Positions 1-9,591 are shown, counted from the stretch's first letter. The stretch: 64,000 nt of DNA from an uncultured Methanosarcinales archaeon (GCA_964604645.1 CAZRZP010000005.1:21938-85937); one strand, 5' to 3'. Numbers and translations are program-made. The notes: generated by a model not told the origin, from the letters alone.

Positions 1-97
1 AACTTTTTTTCTTTTCTTCTTTTTCATTTTTTCATCTACTAAAAGTTAATTTACCATAAATCAAAAGATATTTAAGTTAAGATAATTTCTACATTTA

Positions 98-631
98 ATG
101 TCTCTCTCTCTAAAAAGTATATTGATTAATACTAAATCTTCCTTCCAGGAAGTTTTCTCTAAAAAGAGTTACTTACTAATTACATTAATCGCTTCAACTA
201 TATTTTATTCTCTAAACACATTAATATATAACTTCTCTCTGATAAAGAATAGATTTTCATTTAAATTAGTAGTTGATCTCTGGAGAGCACCTTTTTTTAC
301 TTTTCCTTTTTCTGGATTATTTTCATTATTACTAATGTCATTATTAGGAGGGATTGTATTTTCATTGTTCATTTACTTAATAAAAAGACAATTAGAATGG
401 GATAACTCTACTGGAATTGTAGGAATGTTTGTTGCAATTTTCCTTCCTGCTTGTTCTTCATGCGCTCTTGGTTTATTCGGTTTATTGAGCATAGGTAGTT
501 TCTTAACTTATTTACCTTTTAAGGGTCAAGAAATTGGTTTTATTGGGATCATAATTATTTTTGGGTCCATCCTTTATCTTTGTCAGAAGATTGCTGCAAA
601 GACGTGCCTTCAGGCAAAGAGCAACCACTAA
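98..631 (+). CDS. polytopic membrane protein with intramembrane CxxC (PACSSCALG)
   Basis: About 5 hydrophobic segments and a CSSC pair inside a predicted TM helix. No family recognised. The 3' end overlaps the convergent ORF 555-959 by 77 nt. Confidence 0.5.
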   Translation: MSLSLKSILINTKSSFQEVFSKKSYLLITLIASTIFYSLNTLIYNFSLIKNRFSFKLVVDLWRAPFFTFPFSGLFSLLLMSLLGGIVFSLFIYLIKRQLEWDNSTGIVGMFVAIFLPACSSCALGLFGLLSIGSFLTYLPFKGQEIGFIGIIIIFGSILYLCQKIAAKTCLQAKSNH

Positions 632-959
632 GGTCGCTAAGTTCTTTTAAACTCATCATTCCCTTCTTTTTAGTTCCATCTGGGTATATCCAAGTGGGGT
701 AAGCTTGAATTCCTTCTTCATTGCATATTTCTTTCTGTCCAGAGCGAGGTCCAGCATTGCTTGATAAAGAACATTCAACATAAGGTATTTTGCTCCAACT
801 GTTTTGAAACAATTTTTTTTGTTCTAAACAAATTGGGCACCAAGATGCCCCGTACATCAAAAATCCCTCATCTGTTAAGCAATCAGAAAAAGAATCCATG
901 GTTGGAGAGCATCCCACTATCATAACCAACACTATAGTGAACAGAATTATATGTTTCAT
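555..959 (-). CDS. thioredoxin-fold lipoprotein (WCPIC redox motif)
   Basis: N-terminal signal peptide with lipobox IVGC. It has YGASWCPIC, a thioredoxin-type CxxC, and a thioredoxin-domain length. Confidence 0.7.
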   Translation of the reverse strand: MKHIILFTIVLVMIVGCSPTMDSFSDCLTDEGFLMYGASWCPICLEQKKLFQNSWSKIPYVECSLSSNAGPRSGQKEICNEEGIQAYPTWIYPDGTKKKGMMSLKELSDLSGCSLPEGTSLQQSSDKDKGWTQK

Positions 960-1046
960 TTTAGTGCTTTAATCTTTTTTTAATTATTAATTATTTCTAT
1001 TCTATAGTTATGTATTTTCGATAACAATTAGAAACAAAAAATATCT

Positions 1047-1868
1047 TTACTTTTTCAACCACTTCTCAAGAACTTTCAATGCGTATTTCTTAATCACTGC
1101 TGGTTTTTGTTTGCTTGGCCTAAACGAATACAATAATTCAGAAGGTAAAGGTTTCATCAAATGAAGTTTTCTGATATATAGGACCAATGCAGCAGTTACT
1201 GCAGTTAATGAAAATAAATTAAATATCAAAAATCCTGGCACTTCAGCAAAATTGGCCGCGGCAAATGAATATCCTGTAACAGACACCCCAGAGACAAGAA
1301 TTGTAGCTAAACCAATTCCCAATAAAGAAATGGTAGTAATTGGTAATGAAGGAGTAATTAACTTATCAGCTGCCAATGACGCGTGCTGTACCAATGGCTT
1401 ATGAAGATCATCTTCAACGCATAAGAATATTGCTTTTGTTTTCCTCGCTCGAATTTTTGAAATAAGCTGGCAGGTAAATTTTTCTGCTCTGCCCCCCAAA
1501 TTATAAATATCAAAAGAAGACAATGCGTCAATCACAATTAAAGAAAAATAATTTTTCTTAAGAATTTGATCCATTACAATGCTCAATTCAGTTAAAGCAG
1601 CTGGGGAAGAAACATATATTACATTATCCATCTCTACATTCGTTCCAACTCCTTTTGATACAGCATCAATATACAAAATTTTGTTAGATTTTATTTTATT
1701 AGAGTATAACATCTCATTAATAGCTGAAGCAGGTTTGTTTAATGAAACAAAGCAAATTTTTTCCTTTTGAAACTCTTTTAACAGATGATAAACTGATTTC
1801 CCATACTGGATATTTGAAAAAGCCGTAATTATCGCACGATTGCCAGACAACTCTTTTTTTATGTTCAT
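1047..1868 (-). CDS. KaiC/RecA-like P-loop domain protein with C-terminal transmembrane helices
   Basis: Deviant Walker A SNIQYGKS, Walker B-like LIVIDALSSF, and two C-terminal TM helices. The ATG at 1868 (MNIKKEL) is preferred over the GTG at 1913 in the ORF track. Confidence 0.5.
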   Translation of the reverse strand: MNIKKELSGNRAIITAFSNIQYGKSVYHLLKEFQKEKICFVSLNKPASAINEMLYSNKIKSNKILYIDAVSKGVGTNVEMDNVIYVSSPAALTELSIVMDQILKKNYFSLIVIDALSSFDIYNLGGRAEKFTCQLISKIRARKTKAIFLCVEDDLHKPLVQHASLAADKLITPSLPITTISLLGIGLATILVSGVSVTGYSFAAANFAEVPGFLIFNLFSLTAVTAALVLYIRKLHLMKPLPSELLYSFRPSKQKPAVIKKYALKVLEKWLKK

Positions 1869-1961
1869 AAATGAACCAATACTTGATTGTTTAAAAAGTT
1901 TACCACAACCCACTGGACAAATTAGGGTGAAATATATAAATTAAAAAATTAAAACAAACTT

Positions 1962-2732
1962 GTGATAGAAAATTCATTTATTTTTTTGCCAAAAATAAGA
2001 AAAAAAAAAGAAGAAGCTATTTGGAAACAGGGAATATTAAACTGGGACGATTTTGTAAGTGCAGAAAATATAAAAGGAATTTCAAAACGGACTAAAAATT
2101 ATTATGACAGGCAATTAATTAAAGCAAAACACCATTTATTTCAAAACCCTGCCTGGTTCAGCGGAAAGCTACCTCAAACAGAGATTTGGCGGTTTTACTC
2201 TTATATGCAAGAAGAAGCATGTTTCTTAGACGTAGAAGTGGATTCTTATGGTAAAATAATTCTTATTGGAATTGCTGACAAAAATAATTTTTTTGTATTA
2301 GTTAAAAAATACAATTTAACAAAAAATTCTCTCGAAAACTTGTTGAAAAAATATCAAATGATAATTACTTTTAATGGGGGTTCGTTTGATTTACCTAAAA
2401 TCAAGAAGCAATTTACACAATCCTTGCCACCGATTCATTTAGATCTTAAACCTCTCTGCGTTAATCTAGGTTTATTAGGCGGATTAAAGCAAATTGAAAA
2501 AGATTTAAACTTAAACCGTCCTGAACATCTCTATGGTAACCCTGTAGATCTGTGGAAAACTTTGCATGCAAGCCAAGACAAAGAATATTTAGACTTATTA
2601 TTGGAATATAATCGAGAAGATTGTGAAAATTTACAGTTTTTGACGAAAATTGTAGTACAACGTATGAGGGCAAAAGTATTTAAATTCTTATCTCCTTCCA
2701 ACAGTAATGAAAGTAACTCCTTGGGAAGTTAA
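1962..2732 (+). CDS. RNase H-fold 3'-5' exonuclease-like protein (YprB / PolB-exonuclease-like)
   Basis: FLDVEV (Exo I-like), ITFNGGSFDLP (Exo II-like) and YNREDCENL (Exo III-like) occur in the order expected for the DEDD RNase_H_2 family. GTG start. Confidence 0.6.
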   Translation: MIENSFIFLPKIRKKKEEAIWKQGILNWDDFVSAENIKGISKRTKNYYDRQLIKAKHHLFQNPAWFSGKLPQTEIWRFYSYMQEEACFLDVEVDSYGKIILIGIADKNNFFVLVKKYNLTKNSLENLLKKYQMIITFNGGSFDLPKIKKQFTQSLPPIHLDLKPLCVNLGLLGGLKQIEKDLNLNRPEHLYGNPVDLWKTLHASQDKEYLDLLLEYNREDCENLQFLTKIVVQRMRAKVFKFLSPSNSNESNSLGS

Positions 2733-3816
2733 AGGAAATATTGATTATACTAGATTAGTTAGAGAGTTTGGTGTTTCTAAAATTGGTTCTAAATTAAATG
2801 AGCGAATTACTAAGTTAGCTGGAGAGCCACATCATTTCCTGCGAAGAAATATATTTTTTGCTCATCGCGATCTTAGCTTTATTTTGGATGAATTTGAAAA
2901 AGGTAACAAATTCTTTCTATACACTGGAAGAGCTCCTTCCGGACCAGTACATATTGGCCATCTAGTTCCTTGGATGTTTACTAAATGGTTGCAAGATAAA
3001 TTTGATGTAGAATTATATTTTCAATTCCCTGATGAAGAAAAATTCCTTTTCAAAAAAGATTTGTCTTGGGAAGATTCTCAGGCGTATCTTCAAGAAAATA
3101 TGTTAGATGTTATCGCTCTAGGTTTTGACCCTAAAAAGACTTTTTTTCTGATTGATACTAAACATGCTGCATTAATGTATCCAGAAGCTTTGAAGGTGGC
3201 AAAAAGAATTACTTTTTCTACGGTAAAAGCGTCTTTTGGCATGACGAATGAACATAACATTGGAATTATTTTCTATACTTCAATGCAAGCAGTTCCAGCT
3301 TTCTTACCTTCAGTTTTGAAAAAGAAAAAAATCCCTTGTTTAATACCTCATGCAATCGATCAGGACGTGCATTTTCGTGTTACTAGGGACGTTCTTCCTA
3401 AATTAGGTTATTACAAGCCAGCATCGATTCAATGTCGTTTCTTACCTGGTTTAGCGGGAATGGCCAAAGATGGAAAAATGTCTGCCTCAGAAGCACATAC
3501 TGCAATTTATACAACAGATGACGCAAAAACTGTTAAGAAGAAAATAAACAAATACGCGTTCTCAGGTGGTCAACCAACAATAGAAGAACATCGCAAAAAA
3601 GGAGGCAACCCAAACGTTGACGTTGCATATCAATGGTTAACTTTTTTTGAAGAGGATGATAAGAAACTGAAAAAAATATATCACGACTACGAGTCCGGAA
3701 AATTACTCAGTGGAGAACTTAAAGCTTTATTGATTAAAAAATTGAATAAAATGTTAGCTGTTCATCAAAAAAAACGGGAGAAAGCAAAAAAGCAGTTAAA
3801 TAAATTTATTTTATAA
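2707..3816 (+). CDS. trpS: tryptophanyl-tRNA synthetase (archaeal/eukaryal type)
   Basis: Class I motifs PSGPVHIGHL (HIGH) and KMSAS (KMSKS). The N-terminus TPWEVKG..IDYTRLVREFG is typical of TrpRS. Confidence 0.9.
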   Translation: MKVTPWEVKGNIDYTRLVREFGVSKIGSKLNERITKLAGEPHHFLRRNIFFAHRDLSFILDEFEKGNKFFLYTGRAPSGPVHIGHLVPWMFTKWLQDKFDVELYFQFPDEEKFLFKKDLSWEDSQAYLQENMLDVIALGFDPKKTFFLIDTKHAALMYPEALKVAKRITFSTVKASFGMTNEHNIGIIFYTSMQAVPAFLPSVLKKKKIPCLIPHAIDQDVHFRVTRDVLPKLGYYKPASIQCRFLPGLAGMAKDGKMSASEAHTAIYTTDDAKTVKKKINKYAFSGGQPTIEEHRKKGGNPNVDVAYQWLTFFEEDDKKLKKIYHDYESGKLLSGELKALLIKKLNKMLAVHQKKREKAKKQLNKFIL

Positions 3817-3910
3817 GTTTTTTTGGTAATTATTAAAAGCCAATAAATACCAAACCTTTAAAAATTATAAAGTATTCTTAGCACAAGAGGTGATAGATTT
3901 GAGTTCTCGT

Positions 3911-4099
3911 ATGAGTAAAAAATGGCACGCAGTTCCTTTGAAAGGAAGTTTTATGGTTTTATCTATGATTGGCTTTCTAACTACTGCTTACTTAATCTAC
4001 CCTGCAGATAAAAGTTATGGGTTTGCTTTCATGGCTGTGTTTGTAGCTATGTTTATTGCATCCTTAATTAGTATGACAAAAGCCCCGGTGATAGAATGA
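3911..4099 (+). CDS. small two-TM membrane protein
   Basis: ATG at 3911 (MSKKWHAV) and two hydrophobic helices. Its stop overlaps the next start (ATGA at 4096). Confidence 0.5.
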   Translation: MSKKWHAVPLKGSFMVLSMIGFLTTAYLIYPADKSYGFAFMAVFVAMFIASLISMTKAPVIE

Positions 4100-4518
4100 A
4101 ATGGAAATTCCCTCTTAAAAATCAATTAATTACTCGTATTGAGATTTTTGCATTAGCCATTATTGGCATATTAGTATTTTTATTTACTTTTGTTCAATTA
4201 TTTAATGTTTTTATAGCAGCAGTTTTCGTGTTAATATTTTTTGGACTTTACATGCTGATTAGCTATATCACACAAAAAATAATTCAAGTGGAAGAACATT
4301 ACGTTCTAACTCCAAAACACATGCATATTACGCGTAAAAGCAACAATAAGAAAGTTACTGAAAAAGTTTTTTGGAATAAAATTCATCATTACAAATTAGA
4401 TAAATTTTTCCTAGGTGGATATGCATTAAGTAATAAAGGCAAACATCTGTTATTTTTCAATACACTTAAAGAACTGGAAAAATTTGAAAGGATGCTTAAG
4501 AAAGGAATGAAAAGTTAA
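4096..4518 (+). CDS. membrane protein, two N-terminal TM helices plus PH-like (YdbS/bPH_2-like) C-terminal domain
   Basis: Topology and size only. Translationally coupled to 3911-4099. Confidence 0.45.
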   Translation: MKWKFPLKNQLITRIEIFALAIIGILVFLFTFVQLFNVFIAAVFVLIFFGLYMLISYITQKIIQVEEHYVLTPKHMHITRKSNNKKVTEKVFWNKIHHYKLDKFFLGGYALSNKGKHLLFFNTLKELEKFERMLKKGMKS

Positions 4519-4820
4519 ATATTTGTTGAATTGCTTTTATCAAATTTCTCTTTCGCTTTATTTTCTTTCCAGAAAACAACGTGGCTCGCTCTCTTTTCAA
4601 ACAATGAGGTAGCAATCCTAACTCTATTTTCATCAGTATTAAGTCCATGTTTAATTGCTAGAGCTTTACCCTCTTCTAAACATTGATCTAAAATTCTAAA
4701 ATTTTCTCTGCGACAATTATCTTCAGTTTCTTTCTCCTCATCTTCTTTTAAGAATATTTCTTGCCAAACAGGATAATTACTTCCAGGAATATTTTTAGGA
4801 AAAGTTTTTGAAAAGGCCAT
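4515..4820 (-). CDS. hypothetical protein
   Basis: Clean 101-aa ORF with no recognisable motif. Confidence 0.4.
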   Translation of the reverse strand: MAFSKTFPKNIPGSNYPVWQEIFLKEDEEKETEDNCRRENFRILDQCLEEGKALAIKHGLNTDENRVRIATSLFEKRASHVVFWKENKAKEKFDKSNSTNI

Positions 4821-4872
4821 ATGGGTTTATTTAGAAAGAACATTTATAAAAATTTAGTTCCCCTGTAAGATA

Positions 4873-5517
4873 ATGGTTCCACCAATTGTATTCAAAGCAA
4901 TCAAAGAAGCAGATTTAATCATCTACGTCTTAGATGCGAGATCCATTGACGATACGTTAGATATGCGTATTTTAGAGAAAATTGAATCTTTAGAAAAGAA
5001 ACTTCTGTTTGCTGTTACTAAATGCGATTTACATAAAACTTTTTTTAGAAGAAAACCTGCTGTTTTCATTTCAGGAAAAACAAGAAACGGAGTAACAATG
5101 TTAAAGAAGAAGTTGATTTCTCTATCCAAAGGAAAAACACTAAAAGTAGCAATAGTTGGAGTACCAAATGTTGGAAAATCTACTTTAATTAATGCCTTAG
5201 CTGGCAGACATAAAGCTAGAACTTCATCAGAAAGAGGCTTTACAAAAGGTATTCAGTTCATTAGAATTCATAAAAATATAATGCTTCTGGACACCCCTGG
5301 GGCCTTTCTCAGAAAAAGGAAAGTAGATGATATAGTTCCATTTCTTCAGAAAAACAAGAATTATATTAAAGAAAAATTAAAATTATCTTCAGTTGACGCT
5401 TCAGATATTCTTGAAGAATTAGCTGAAAGATGGCATTTAAAACAATCTGGGGGTGGTTACAATCTTAATACAGCTGCAGCTAAACTCTTTAATTTATGGG
5501 ATAAAGGAGAAATATAA
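4873..5517 (+). CDS. circularly permuted GTPase (YlqF/RbgA/Nug-type ribosome biogenesis GTPase)
   Basis: G4 TKCD precedes G1 GVPNVGKS and G3 DTPG, which is the permuted order diagnostic of this family. Confidence 0.8.
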   Translation: MVPPIVFKAIKEADLIIYVLDARSIDDTLDMRILEKIESLEKKLLFAVTKCDLHKTFFRRKPAVFISGKTRNGVTMLKKKLISLSKGKTLKVAIVGVPNVGKSTLINALAGRHKARTSSERGFTKGIQFIRIHKNIMLLDTPGAFLRKRKVDDIVPFLQKNKNYIKEKLKLSSVDASDILEELAERWHLKQSGGGYNLNTAAAKLFNLWDKGEI

Positions 5518-5593
5518 TGGCCTGCGCTATCATTAGTTCTTCAATAAGATTTAAAAATAATTTAACTTTACAACGATTAAGGAGGTATTTACA

Positions 5594-5986
5594 ATGGGAT
5601 ATTGTACAAAATGTGTTTCTAAATGGAAAGATCAATTATACTTAGTGTTTAGAGTTTTAGTTGGATTGATGTTTTTCCTGCATGGATATGATAAGTTAGT
5701 TGTTAAGGGAATGGCGTGGGGGTCATTAATGGGTATTGCAGGAATGGTAGAATTCTTGGCAGGCTTAGGAATTTTAGTTGGATTCTTCACAAGGTTATCA
5801 GCAACTGGTGGGGCTATTACCATGTTGGTTGCGTACTTTAAAGTTCATGTGGGTAACGGACTGAGTCCTTTAGCAAACGGCGGAGAATTAGCTGCACTTT
5901 ATTTCGCTGCATTCCTGATTTTGATGATCTACGGAAATCAAAAGTGGAGTTTAGAGCAGAGTTTGCTTAAGAAAGAGACTTTTTAA
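5594..5986 (+). CDS. DoxX-family membrane protein
   Basis: 130 aa with 4 TM helices. The RVLVGLMFFLHGYDKL start and overall layout are typical of DoxX. Confidence 0.65.
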   Translation: MGYCTKCVSKWKDQLYLVFRVLVGLMFFLHGYDKLVVKGMAWGSLMGIAGMVEFLAGLGILVGFFTRLSATGGAITMLVAYFKVHVGNGLSPLANGGELAALYFAAFLILMIYGNQKWSLEQSLLKKETF

Positions 5987-6016
5987 TTTTTTTTTAATTT
6001 TTTTCTTTTGTTATTA
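5984..6016. terminator. T/A-rich tract between convergent genes (likely bidirectional oligo-T terminator)
   Basis: tttttaatttttttttaatttttttcttttg lies directly after the DoxX stop and before the hef stop. Archaeal terminators are oligo-T runs. Confidence 0.4.
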
Positions 6017-6056
6017 AATCAAGTATTTCATTAACAATCTATTGGTCAGCATTAGC

Positions 6057-8240
6057 TCATTTCGGTAAATATTCTTTCCATGCAACTTCCCTAATCTTTT
6101 CAGCCGTCTTCTTACCAACTCCTTCAACTTTCTGTATTTCCTTAAGTGAGGCGGAACAAATATTAGCTATTGAAGAAAAATGTTCAAGTATTTTTTTTGC
6201 CGTTCCTACTCCTACATTTGGAAAACTGGCGATAATTTGTTCTTGCTGTTCACGAATTGTTTGTGGTTTACGTTGATAAGACTCACTCCTATCTTTTTTC
6301 TGTTCTCGTTGCGCCATAACTGCTAATAAACCAGCAGTATCTTTAGCGTTCTTTGTGTGAATAATTGGAACCCCAAAATCTAAAGAAATTGCACTAATCA
6401 TGCCTCTTATTGCATTAGCATGCACTTTTCTCACAGAATAAATATCTTCCTCACCTTCAACAATCAAAACGCTTTTTTCAAAATTTCTTTTTAACCCTTT
6501 CATTTGATCCAATAACCTGCCATCAATTATACTGGCAACAAAATCATTAACTGTTTTTAATTCAACTCCAACTGTTCCAGAAACAATATAGTCTGCACTT
6601 TCCAGTTGTGCCGTACGAACTGAGATTCCATTACTAATTAACTCTTTTACAACTCGGTTACTATTTTCTCGATGATCAGCCACAATTGCAACAACTTTTT
6701 CTTCAATGTAACTGTGAAGCTCTTGTTGTTTTTTATTTAATGAGAAACCATTCTTTAACTTTTCCAAGTTTCGGTACATTCTTTTTTCCTTGTGGTGGGA
6801 GCTCCATCTATAGCCTTCATCTCTTGTGCCCTCCGTAACTAAAATAGTAACTTCTCCCTTTTCTAACCGGCCAGTTCTGCCTCTTCTTTGAATTGATCTA
6901 ATCGCTGAAGGAATTGGTTCATAAAAAATAACTTTTTGTACTTTAGGAATGTCGAGACCTTCTTCTGCAACAGAAGTTGCTACCAAAACTTGAAATTCAC
7001 CTACGCGAAACTTATCTAATATTTCCTTTTGTTGTTTTTGTGAAAAACCGACTCCTTTCTTCTTAGCTTGCCCAAAAAATATATGGCAACTAACTTTTGA
7101 TGTAATTCTTTTAACTATTTCTTCAGCACTATCTCTAAATTGAGTAAATATGATTATTTTAGCTTTCTCATTCTCAGCAATAGTTTCACTTACAATTTCA
7201 ATTAATTTAGTAACTTTTGGGTGCTGCACACCTTTTTCAACTAACTCATTAGTTAAATAAATGGCCGACTTAAAATTTGCATCTATCATCAGGTTCTTCA
7301 CGGCTTTAACTTTAGTGGATATCGATTGTTGTTGTATTTTTTCAAAATATTCACTTAAAGGTCGAAGCCCTTGAGTTTCTAATAATTCCAATGCATGATC
7401 AACTTTTAACGCTTCAGCTACCAACGAAATGCTACGCAAAACTTCAAAACCGTGATCGCCACTACTGATTTTTTTTTGTAATTCACCTTGTAACATCAAT
7501 AAATCTGTTTTCCTTAAATCTGACGAAGAACAATATCCATGCTTTTGTGCTTCAATTAATTTACTTTTTCTACATTCTTTCAAAAACTTTTGAATTTTTT
7601 TAAATTCCTCCGGGAATGGTACTTTCACCCACTTTTTTTGTATCTCCTGAATATATTCTTTAACATCAGGGTCATTATCGGTTCTTACTTCAACATTTTC
7701 AATCGCTAAATTACTGCAAACTTCTTTTATTTTATCCAAATCACTTCCTGGGGATGCTGTTAACGCTAAAATTCTTGATCTTGGTGCTATTTTTTCATAT
7801 TGCTGAGCTATCCAAACATATGAATATTCTCCAGTTGCATGGTGAGCTTCATCAAATATAAGTAAAACAACTTCTTTCAATCCAATCCTGTTGTTAATAA
7901 TGTCATTCTCTAACCCTTGTGGTGTGGAAATAATTATTTTTGCTTCTTTCCACTTCTCCTCTCTTTTTTTTGGAGTTACGCTTCCAGTAAATACAACTAT
8001 TTTTTCTTTTGGAATATTAAGATGTTTTTGAAACGAGATACAATGCTGTTCACATAAAGGTTTAGTGGGGGCAAGCATCAATATTTTGCCATTTTCATAC
8101 ATAGACAATCTTTGTGATGATAAGAGAAAGGCAATAGCGGTCTTACCTAAACCTGTTGGTAATACCACTAACGTATTCTTTTGAACTGCTGTCCCTAAAA
8201 TTGTTTGCTGGTAAAGCCTGGGTTGAAAATCTTTAATCAT
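6057..8240 (-). CDS. hef: Hef helicase-nuclease (SF2 helicase + ERCC4/XPF nuclease + HhH2)
   Basis: TGLGKT Walker A, DEAH box and motif VI QRRGRTGR. The C-terminal ERCC4 domain has ADHRE...ADYIVSG...VELKTVNDF. Two HhH motifs are present (GVGTAKKI, GVGKKTAEKI). Confidence 0.9.
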   Translation of the reverse strand: MIKDFQPRLYQQTILGTAVQKNTLVVLPTGLGKTAIAFLLSSQRLSMYENGKILMLAPTKPLCEQHCISFQKHLNIPKEKIVVFTGSVTPKKREEKWKEAKIIISTPQGLENDIINNRIGLKEVVLLIFDEAHHATGEYSYVWIAQQYEKIAPRSRILALTASPGSDLDKIKEVCSNLAIENVEVRTDNDPDVKEYIQEIQKKWVKVPFPEEFKKIQKFLKECRKSKLIEAQKHGYCSSSDLRKTDLLMLQGELQKKISSGDHGFEVLRSISLVAEALKVDHALELLETQGLRPLSEYFEKIQQQSISTKVKAVKNLMIDANFKSAIYLTNELVEKGVQHPKVTKLIEIVSETIAENEKAKIIIFTQFRDSAEEIVKRITSKVSCHIFFGQAKKKGVGFSQKQQKEILDKFRVGEFQVLVATSVAEEGLDIPKVQKVIFYEPIPSAIRSIQRRGRTGRLEKGEVTILVTEGTRDEGYRWSSHHKEKRMYRNLEKLKNGFSLNKKQQELHSYIEEKVVAIVADHRENSNRVVKELISNGISVRTAQLESADYIVSGTVGVELKTVNDFVASIIDGRLLDQMKGLKRNFEKSVLIVEGEEDIYSVRKVHANAIRGMISAISLDFGVPIIHTKNAKDTAGLLAVMAQREQKKDRSESYQRKPQTIREQQEQIIASFPNVGVGTAKKILEHFSSIANICSASLKEIQKVEGVGKKTAEKIREVAWKEYLPK

Positions 8241-8341
8241 ATTAGCTTGGAGAAAGTTTACTTTAAATAGGTTGTGAGGAGTTGTCCAGTGGGTTGTGGT
8301 ATAGATTATAATAATCTAAATTCATCAAATCTGAGGTTAAT

Positions 8342-8944
8342 TTATTCTTGATCTTCCAACGGCATTTTTTCTTTCCACTTACGCCAAAATATTAAAGCAA
8401 TCATCAAAATAACAGAAACACCATAAAACCACCAAATGTATCCAAATAAACCATGTTGGGTATGGCTGCCAATATTCAAAGCATGAACCCAAACGAGAAT
8501 AACGCCAATATAACTTAAATTTTCTATCCAAGGTCGAGCCTTTTGAATTAACTCTTGTTTAAAGCGTAAGGTTATTTCAAACAGAATAAAACTAACTAAA
8601 GCAATTAAAGCCAAAATGATAAAAACTGCAAATTCTGATAACACTAAGTCAAATGGATTCCATGTTAGGTTAGCTACCAGGGCAAGTATGGGATGGGCCA
8701 AAAACAGGATTAAAACAGCTATACCTGTCTTTGCAAAGAAATGATCTAAATTAATATTTTTCTTGAAGTGTTTTTCAAAAGCTACAACAACAACCTGAAT
8801 CCACATAATGTTAAATGCCAATAACCCTAATAAAGGAAAAATAATAAAAGTGGATAATAAAGAAAAATCCCACTGAAAACTCTCTCCCCAAACATATAAT
8901 GGAATTGCTAAAATACCATAGAAGAGGAGGCTCCACAACATCAT
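8342..8944 (-). CDS. six-TM membrane protein with conserved TM histidines (YedZ/ferric-reductase-like layout, tentative)
   Basis: Hydrophobicity pattern, plus His residues in LAHPIL and WVHALNIGSH. Last gene of a tightly packed minus-strand gene string. Confidence 0.45.
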   Translation of the reverse strand: MMLWSLLFYGILAIPLYVWGESFQWDFSLLSTFIIFPLLGLLAFNIMWIQVVVVAFEKHFKKNINLDHFFAKTGIAVLILFLAHPILALVANLTWNPFDLVLSEFAVFIILALIALVSFILFEITLRFKQELIQKARPWIENLSYIGVILVWVHALNIGSHTQHGLFGYIWWFYGVSVILMIALIFWRKWKEKMPLEDQE

Positions 8945-9240
8945 TTGGGCAAATTCTGCTTACCAGTAATCGTAACTATGTTTCCTTCTTTGCCGATTGA
9001 AACTTCTTCCAAATTGTTAATGACAATGTCATTTCCCATCAAATAATAAGAAATATTTCTTAGTTCACGAATTCTAACTTTTTCAACTTCTTGAATTTCC
9101 AGAACTTCAATTGGTACTTTGGCCTTCAAATGAGGGTTATTTTCATCAAATAAACCAATAAAAGCCGATTTCAGAGCATCTTTATCAGCTCCAGGTTTTC
9201 TGCTAATTGTAATGCTCTTTGCATTGAAGGTTTTTTCCAT
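8941..9240 (-). CDS. hypothetical soluble protein
   Basis: 99-aa ORF whose stop overlaps the downstream start by 4 nt. Confidence 0.45.
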   Translation of the reverse strand: MEKTFNAKSITISRKPGADKDALKSAFIGLFDENNPHLKAKVPIEVLEIQEVEKVRIRELRNISYYLMGNDIVINNLEEVSIGKEGNIVTITGKQNLPK

Positions 9241-9243
9241 AAA

Positions 9244-9591
9244 TTACTTGACGAAGTTCCTACTTTTAAATATTACTAATATTTTTTTCATATGTAAGTA
9301 ATAAGAGACCCCAAATCCTAACCCAAAGATAAGTAATATGGTTATTCTTGAGCTCCAAAAACTTGCCACAACATAACCTGTTAGGAATCCAACAATTATC
9401 AGAAGAAACGGCAAAATAGGTTCCTTAAATCTTCTAATATAATACGATCTAGCTGCTAAAAATCCAGCAAGAAAAATTGAAATGAATGTAAATAAATCTG
9501 ATTTGATTAAAATTGATACTAATGCACCTAAAGTTACAAATGCTAAAGTAAACGCTTCTACCCATTCTTCTTCCCATTTCATATTATTCAA
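9244..9591 (-). CDS. small membrane protein (3-4 TM)
   Basis: Hydrophobic profile and a 3-nt spacing to the next gene. Confidence 0.45.
   Translation of the reverse strand: MNNMKWEEEWVEAFTLAFVTLGALVSILIKSDLFTFISIFLAGFLAARSYYIRRFKEPILPFLLIIVGFLTGYVVASFWSSRITILLIFGLGFGVSYYLHMKKILVIFKSRNFVK

Noticed and set aside
1-27. Possible 5' end of a minus-strand gene (ATG at 27, MKKKKRKKV...) running off the window
   Set aside because: Only 9 codons of Lys-rich sequence are visible, which cannot be supported.
8262-8300. GGTTGTG ... GGTTGTG direct repeat upstream of hef
   Set aside because: It is only a 7-nt repeat in a 100-nt spacer, with no second occurrence elsewhere in the window, so it is not distinguishable from chance.
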